Positions 59,750 to 64,000 of a stretch of DNA of 64,000 bases are shown here, piece after piece. Numbering within the stretch: position 1 is the stretch's first letter; the number at the start of each line of letters is the position of its first letter. Origin of the DNA: Bdellovibrionales bacterium (GTDB lineage: Bacteria > Bdellovibrionota > Bdellovibrionia > Bdellovibrionales > CAYMLA01); NCBI GenBank assembly GCA_965217115.1, contig OZ244239.1, positions 2,080,001 through 2,144,000 of the forward strand. Reading direction: 5' to 3'. Under the pieces are notes generated by a model, which saw only the letters and a list, made by a program, of their open reading frames with translations, was not told the DNA's origin and did not search any database. The translations under genes and the position numbers were made by a program.

Positions 59750-60328
59750 ATGAAAATAATTATACTGTCTCTGTTAGGCTTAAGTTTTGTTGCCTGTTCG
59801 GGAGTAGGGAGCAAAACAGCATCTGTTACACCGAAGAGAAACATAGCAAATACTGGCCTTGAAGAACACGTTTCGACACTACCAGAGAGTCCCCATAAAA
59901 GAAGCAAAAGTACTAAAATAGCCCTTGTTGATTGTTATAGTGCTGGCAAAAAAACTGTTAAAATTGCCAAAAAATTTATTGCCATTGAAAGTCATACCTA
60001 TAATAAAGACAATAGTTTTTCTGTAGATGGATTCCCTTTTTTAATATCAAATATTCTTAAAAACGATGATGGTGTATTTCGCTCTAGAAACGGACGTACC
60101 TTATCTGCTGGAGCTTATTTGATGGCGACTAATAAAAATATTAGGGTAAGATACATGTGTGGTTCAGGTAGTATAGAATGGTTTGGAGACATTGCGACCT
60201 TTTATAATAGGGCTAAAGGGTTTTATAGGGCTAGAGGAGGGTTTTATGGTGCAGATATGATGTTACTTGAAGACGATTTAATAAAACAAGGATTGACCAG
60301 GGAGAGTATTAAAGATTGGGATGATTAA
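59750..60328 (+). CDS. hypothetical lipoprotein
   Basis: MKIIILS...FVAC lipobox; N-terminus similar to the 59009 gene. Confidence 0.72.
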   Translation: MKIIILSLLGLSFVACSGVGSKTASVTPKRNIANTGLEEHVSTLPESPHKRSKSTKIALVDCYSAGKKTVKIAKKFIAIESHTYNKDNSFSVDGFPFLISNILKNDDGVFRSRNGRTLSAGAYLMATNKNIRVRYMCGSGSIEWFGDIATFYNRAKGFYRARGGFYGADMMLLEDDLIKQGLTRESIKDWDD

Positions 60329-60338
60329 ATCTCCTTTA

Positions 60339-60398
60339 ACCAATGGGTCATAATCTCTGGAAAATAAAAGTGGGTCACATAATCGCCGGGATATAACA
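60339..60398. mobile_element. orphan IS21-like terminus (copy 2)
   Basis: ACCAATGGGTCATAATCTCTGGAAAATAAAAGTGGGTCACATAATCGCCGGGATATAACA, a degenerate copy of 59602-59659 in the same orientation. Confidence 0.55.
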
Positions 60399-60561
60399 AA
60401 GAATGTCTGTCCCTAGATAAATAATCAGACCCTAGCCGACAAGGCTAGGAGATCCTCTTGTGTGTACACACTCGATAGTTTTATAATAACCCTCTAAAGA
60501 GCGCCGTTGTCTCTACATCGGCGCCGAGTTAATATAGACGGTTTGAGATAAAATCATTAGC

Positions 60562-61377
60562 TTATTGAATATTGAAAAGGTCAATGCTTAAGCAAGCTAA
60601 TTCCTCTGGTGTCGTTGTATCAATAACTCCACTGACCTCTTGTACTGTGTTTAGCAGTATCGCTTTAATTTTTTTTAAATCTTTCTTTGAAACAGTTAAA
60701 GGTGCTGTGAAGAAGAGCTCTCTATTTGAAGCTTTTTCGAGTTTTTCAATAGCTTTTAAACGCCAGTTTATATGATGTCGATTTATTAAAATTGAGTCCC
60801 TGTCTAAGTGCGTTTTAGAAATACCTTGAGATAATTTACCATCAACTTCAAGACATAACCCTGAGGAATTAAGAAATTTTAGAACCTTTGATAAATCTTT
60901 TTTGTTAATATTAAAAAGCTGTTCTATATCATCAATAGAGCTTACCGTTTCAAGAGATGTTGCAAGCCATACGGCCATGAACCTCCAGTCAGAATAATAT
61001 TGTGATTTCTGTTGTTCTGTTAACTCAACAGATTTTTTAATTCTAGACTTTACTGTAAAATATTTATCTTTTATCTGTTGAAGAATTGATTGATAGTACT
61101 CTTTAAGTTCCACTGTTCCAGATCGGGAATGATTTATAAGCACCATAAAGTAATCTCTATCATTTTCCGTTAGTCCAAAGTAGTCACATACCTTAAAAGC
61201 TTGCTCCACTGAAAACTCTTTAGAACCACTTAAGACTTGAGAGATTAAACTCGTATGGACATTTAAATACTTAGAGATGCGTAAAAACTCGCCTCGGCCA
61301 TTTTTTGGCAGTGATGATATTCTATAGTTTAAATAATTTTTATAATTATCAAATTGGTATATAGAGTCCATTTGCAA
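60562..61377 (-). CDS. TIGR02147/DUF4423-family HTH protein
   Basis: IYQFDNYKNYL, GRGEF, SLISQVLSG HTH, YYSDW, HHINWRLKA, LSIDLF. Confidence 0.85.
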   Translation of the reverse strand: MQMDSIYQFDNYKNYLNYRISSLPKNGRGEFLRISKYLNVHTSLISQVLSGSKEFSVEQAFKVCDYFGLTENDRDYFMVLINHSRSGTVELKEYYQSILQQIKDKYFTVKSRIKKSVELTEQQKSQYYSDWRFMAVWLATSLETVSSIDDIEQLFNINKKDLSKVLKFLNSSGLCLEVDGKLSQGISKTHLDRDSILINRHHINWRLKAIEKLEKASNRELFFTAPLTVSKKDLKKIKAILLNTVQEVSGVIDTTTPEELACLSIDLFNIQ

Positions 61378-61530
61378 AGTTTACCATTTGGTATTCAAAA
61401 AGCAATATTAAATACGGAATAAATCTAATTTTTATGAAGCAAAGGTGTGATATTTACTTCAGCGGTAAGGCAGATTTTTTGACGTCTTACATAGATAATA
61501 GTATAAACATTTTACCTTGGGAGGCTAATA

Positions 61531-62541
61531 ATGAAGCTATTACTTTTATCATTTATTTTTCCTTTAATTTTAAACTCTTACGCATGGGCTGATGCTGGAT
61601 CAATGGGTTCTGGCGGAGGAATGGTGGTTGATTGTAATGGTTCAATTGAGCTTCTTGATGTTTTTGAAGCAAAGAAAAACATTAAACTCAAAATAATGCC
61701 TAGCTCAGAAAACACTCTTGATGACTACATTACTATCTATGTGAATAAGGCGAGACTTCAAAACCAGCTAAATGCAGGCAATGAGGAGTGGTGGAAGCGT
61801 CATTTTCATGAAAAATTTTACAAGGTTAAAAAGCTAATTAACTGGCATACTAGTACAGAGGAGCTACCATCGACAGGTGATGTTGGGAAAACTTATGGTG
61901 TTCCTAATAATTGCACAATCAGACAGGTTGCTATCTTCACAGACAAAAAACATCATATGATCATCGACAAAAACCTATGGAATCGTATGAGCCATCTTTC
62001 TCGTGCAGCATTACTGGGGCATGAGGAATTTTATTTTTATCAAAGACAGCTTGGGGACACAACCTCGGAAAATACGCGTTCATATGTTGGACAGGTTATC
62101 GCAAATGCAGGTTCAATACCTGTATTAGATGGCAAAGATGAATATTCTTACTTTTGTAGAGCTAGGAATGGAAGTCTTCCCGTAATTGGAAAGACTGATT
62201 TTTACTTAAATATAAAAGAAGTCATTTGGGGAGATATGTTTCTTGGTTCGACACTTGAGTTTCAATTCACTCACTTACTTGGAAATGATCTCCTCGTTAG
62301 AAGTCGGGCTAGTATGGCTAAGTTGCCCGTTAAGTTAGATATTGATATTTATGGATTATCACTTAGGGAAGGTGAATCTGTAAAGAAGAGAGTTTATCTT
62401 GATACTGTTCATTCCCATTCTCACTCTCAAAGTCTCTATGTTGAATTTAAAATGATGAAAGGCCAACCTGCCGTGATAACTTTTTACAAAGGTGATGAAG
62501 AGCTTGGAACTGTTGATGTGAGAAACTGTTCTCACAGATAA
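61531..62541 (+). CDS. secreted hypothetical protein with GSGGG segment and HE motif
   Basis: RBS GGAGG; signal peptide; GSGGGMVVDC..IELLDVFEA; C.IRQVAI; AALLGHEEFY. Confidence 0.75.
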   Translation: MKLLLLSFIFPLILNSYAWADAGSMGSGGGMVVDCNGSIELLDVFEAKKNIKLKIMPSSENTLDDYITIYVNKARLQNQLNAGNEEWWKRHFHEKFYKVKKLINWHTSTEELPSTGDVGKTYGVPNNCTIRQVAIFTDKKHHMIIDKNLWNRMSHLSRAALLGHEEFYFYQRQLGDTTSENTRSYVGQVIANAGSIPVLDGKDEYSYFCRARNGSLPVIGKTDFYLNIKEVIWGDMFLGSTLEFQFTHLLGNDLLVRSRASMAKLPVKLDIDIYGLSLREGESVKKRVYLDTVHSHSHSQSLYVEFKMMKGQPAVITFYKGDEELGTVDVRNCSHR

Positions 62542-62819
62542 AAAAAATGGACTGCGCCCTTTAGATGGGATCGCTTTCCACCAAAGTTACAAAATAGGTC
62601 TATTAGCGGGTTTAATATCTAAAACATCTTTTTTTAAATTCACTCGGTGGACGATATCCAAGCGCCGAGTGAAGCCTTTTCTTTTGATAAAGCTACCTAT
62701 ATCCATTGAGATTTCCTACGATGGGTCGAACTTCTTCCTTTAAAATACTTGATACAAAGTGATCTTTGCCTTTAAGCCTCTTTTTTTAAAGAATTTCAAA
62801 AAATAAAGAAAATTTAAAC

Positions 62820-62896
62820 TGGAGCGGGTGATGGGATTCGAACCCACGGCCTCAACCTTGGCAAGGTTGCGCTCTAGCCAGCTGAGCTACACCCGC
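62820..62896 (-). tRNA. tRNA-Gly(GCC)
   Basis: Reverse complement GCGGGTGTAGCTCAGCTGGCTAGAGCG-CAACC-TT-GCC-AA-GGTTG...GGTTCGAATCCC...CCCGCTCCA. Confidence 0.97.
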
Positions 62897-63033
62897 AGAT
62901 GGATAAAGAAAAAATAAAGGTACTTCATGGACTGTGAGACTGTCAAATATTGTTTTAATGGCGGCGGGCGGGTGGGCGCGGGGGCAGGTGAGGTGAAGTG
63001 AGGTGAGATGAGGGACTATAGACTCTTGGGGGA

Positions 63034-63975
63034 TTAGCTCGGGGTGTTTTGGTTTTGCCAAAAGCCCAGTTGTTTTTTGCCCTTGCGCTCAGGGTGGAGT
63101 TGGTAGTGGTGGGCACAGTTCTTTGAACAAGTGACAGACTTGAATTCTAACTCTAAACATCCCTTGCAAATATGGGTGAAACTGTCACAGCGCTGACACT
63201 GGATGCTCTCTTCAGCGGGGTCGCCACAGTGGGGGCATAAAGAAAAAAGCTGGGAGGGCCGCAGCTCTTGATCCACGGCAACCCGATGGTCAAAAACATA
63301 ACACTCCCCCTCAAACTGATCGTTAGGGAACTGCTCTATGTAATTAAGAATCCCGCCATCGAGTTGATGGACATTCTTAAACCCCTGCTGTTGTAATTCC
63401 AAGAGCCCCTTTTCACAGCGGATACCGCCCGTGCAGTACATCAGAATTTTTTGATCCTTAGGGAGGTTTTTCTCTCTGACGAAATTAGGGAAATCAGTGA
63501 ATTGATCAATGTGGGGATCAATGGCCTGTTTGAATTTTCCCAGCTTTGTCTCGTAGTGATTGCGAGTGTCGAACAAGAGAAAATCTTTTTCATTTTTAAG
63601 AACGGAATTCCACTTCTCTGGTGAGAGATGGTGGGCCTTTTTATTATCTGGTTTTAATTCAGCAGTGTTCAAGGTCACAATCTCTTCGCGCACTTTGCAA
63701 ATGAGACGGTGAAACGGATTGAAGTCAGAGAGACTGTCTTTGAAATGCAAGGACTCCCCTTTGACCAACTGACGGATGTATTTTTTGACCTCTTTAATGG
63801 ATTCATCAGATCCACAGATCGTTGAATTCAGCCCCTCAGTGGCGAGAATGAAAAGACCTCGAATCTGTAGGGATTTGCAAAAATCGAGCAAGTCCTTCCT
63901 GATCCCATCAATCTGGTCCCCGGGGAAGGGGGTGAATTTATAAAATGTCGTGATGTGGTATTGGTTTTTCTCCAT
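63034..63975 (-). CDS. trhO: rhodanese-domain tRNA U34 hydroxylase (TrhO/YceA family)
   Basis: FYKF, EGLNSTI, DTRNHYE, MYCTGGIRCEK, GGILNY, CYVFDHR. Confidence 0.9.
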   Translation of the reverse strand: MEKNQYHITTFYKFTPFPGDQIDGIRKDLLDFCKSLQIRGLFILATEGLNSTICGSDESIKEVKKYIRQLVKGESLHFKDSLSDFNPFHRLICKVREEIVTLNTAELKPDNKKAHHLSPEKWNSVLKNEKDFLLFDTRNHYETKLGKFKQAIDPHIDQFTDFPNFVREKNLPKDQKILMYCTGGIRCEKGLLELQQQGFKNVHQLDGGILNYIEQFPNDQFEGECYVFDHRVAVDQELRPSQLFSLCPHCGDPAEESIQCQRCDSFTHICKGCLELEFKSVTCSKNCAHHYQLHPERKGKKQLGFWQNQNTPS

Positions 63976-64000
63976 AGGTCTATGTATTTACTTGATTCAT

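Noticed and set aside
59602..60398. Repeats read as a CRISPR array or integron attC sites
   Set aside because: There are no unique ~30-bp spacers and no cas genes; the element is direct-repeat rather than an attC-type palindrome, and there is no integron integrase.
62560..62735. Weak ATGGG..CG/CGAAC similarities to the tRNA-Gly 3' end as att remnants, and a hairpin at 62639-62673
   Set aside because: Matches are too short to call att sites; the hairpin is adequately explained as a possible terminator.

Overview
Bacterial chromosomal segment. It is probably Bdellovibrionota/Oligoflexia-like; this is inferred from two TIGR02147/DUF4423-type genes and many sigma54-driven secreted orphans. All family assignments come from motif recognition by eye; no database was searched. 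Positions 1-37 kb are mostly core genome: tRNA-Pro, mdh, RluA family, tRNA-Leu, the rimP-nusA-infB-rbfA-truB-rpsO-pnp-M16 peptidase-dut operon, LPS/envelope genes, mutS2, lnt, a subtilase, htpX, an exonuclease and DUF885. A truncated HNH-like gene lies at the left edge next to tRNA-Pro. From about 38 to 62.8 kb an AT-richer accessory/defence region ends at the 3' end of tRNA-Gly. It contains: (i) a type I RM locus in which a HEPN toxin-like gene precedes an HsdS N-terminally fused to an MNT nucleotidyltransferase, with a membrane protein and an Abi_C-like gene before hsdR; (ii) a co-oriented TIR - small membrane protein - Sir2 - HerA block; (iii) a C5-MTase/GmrSD pair divergent from an HTH plus putative endonuclease; (iv) two lipoprotein genes each followed by an IS21-like terminus. 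Non-coding highlights are a ~350-bp highly structured MITE in two copies (terminal inverted repeats, 8-bp target duplication at one copy), sigma54 promoters and a rimP leader hairpin.
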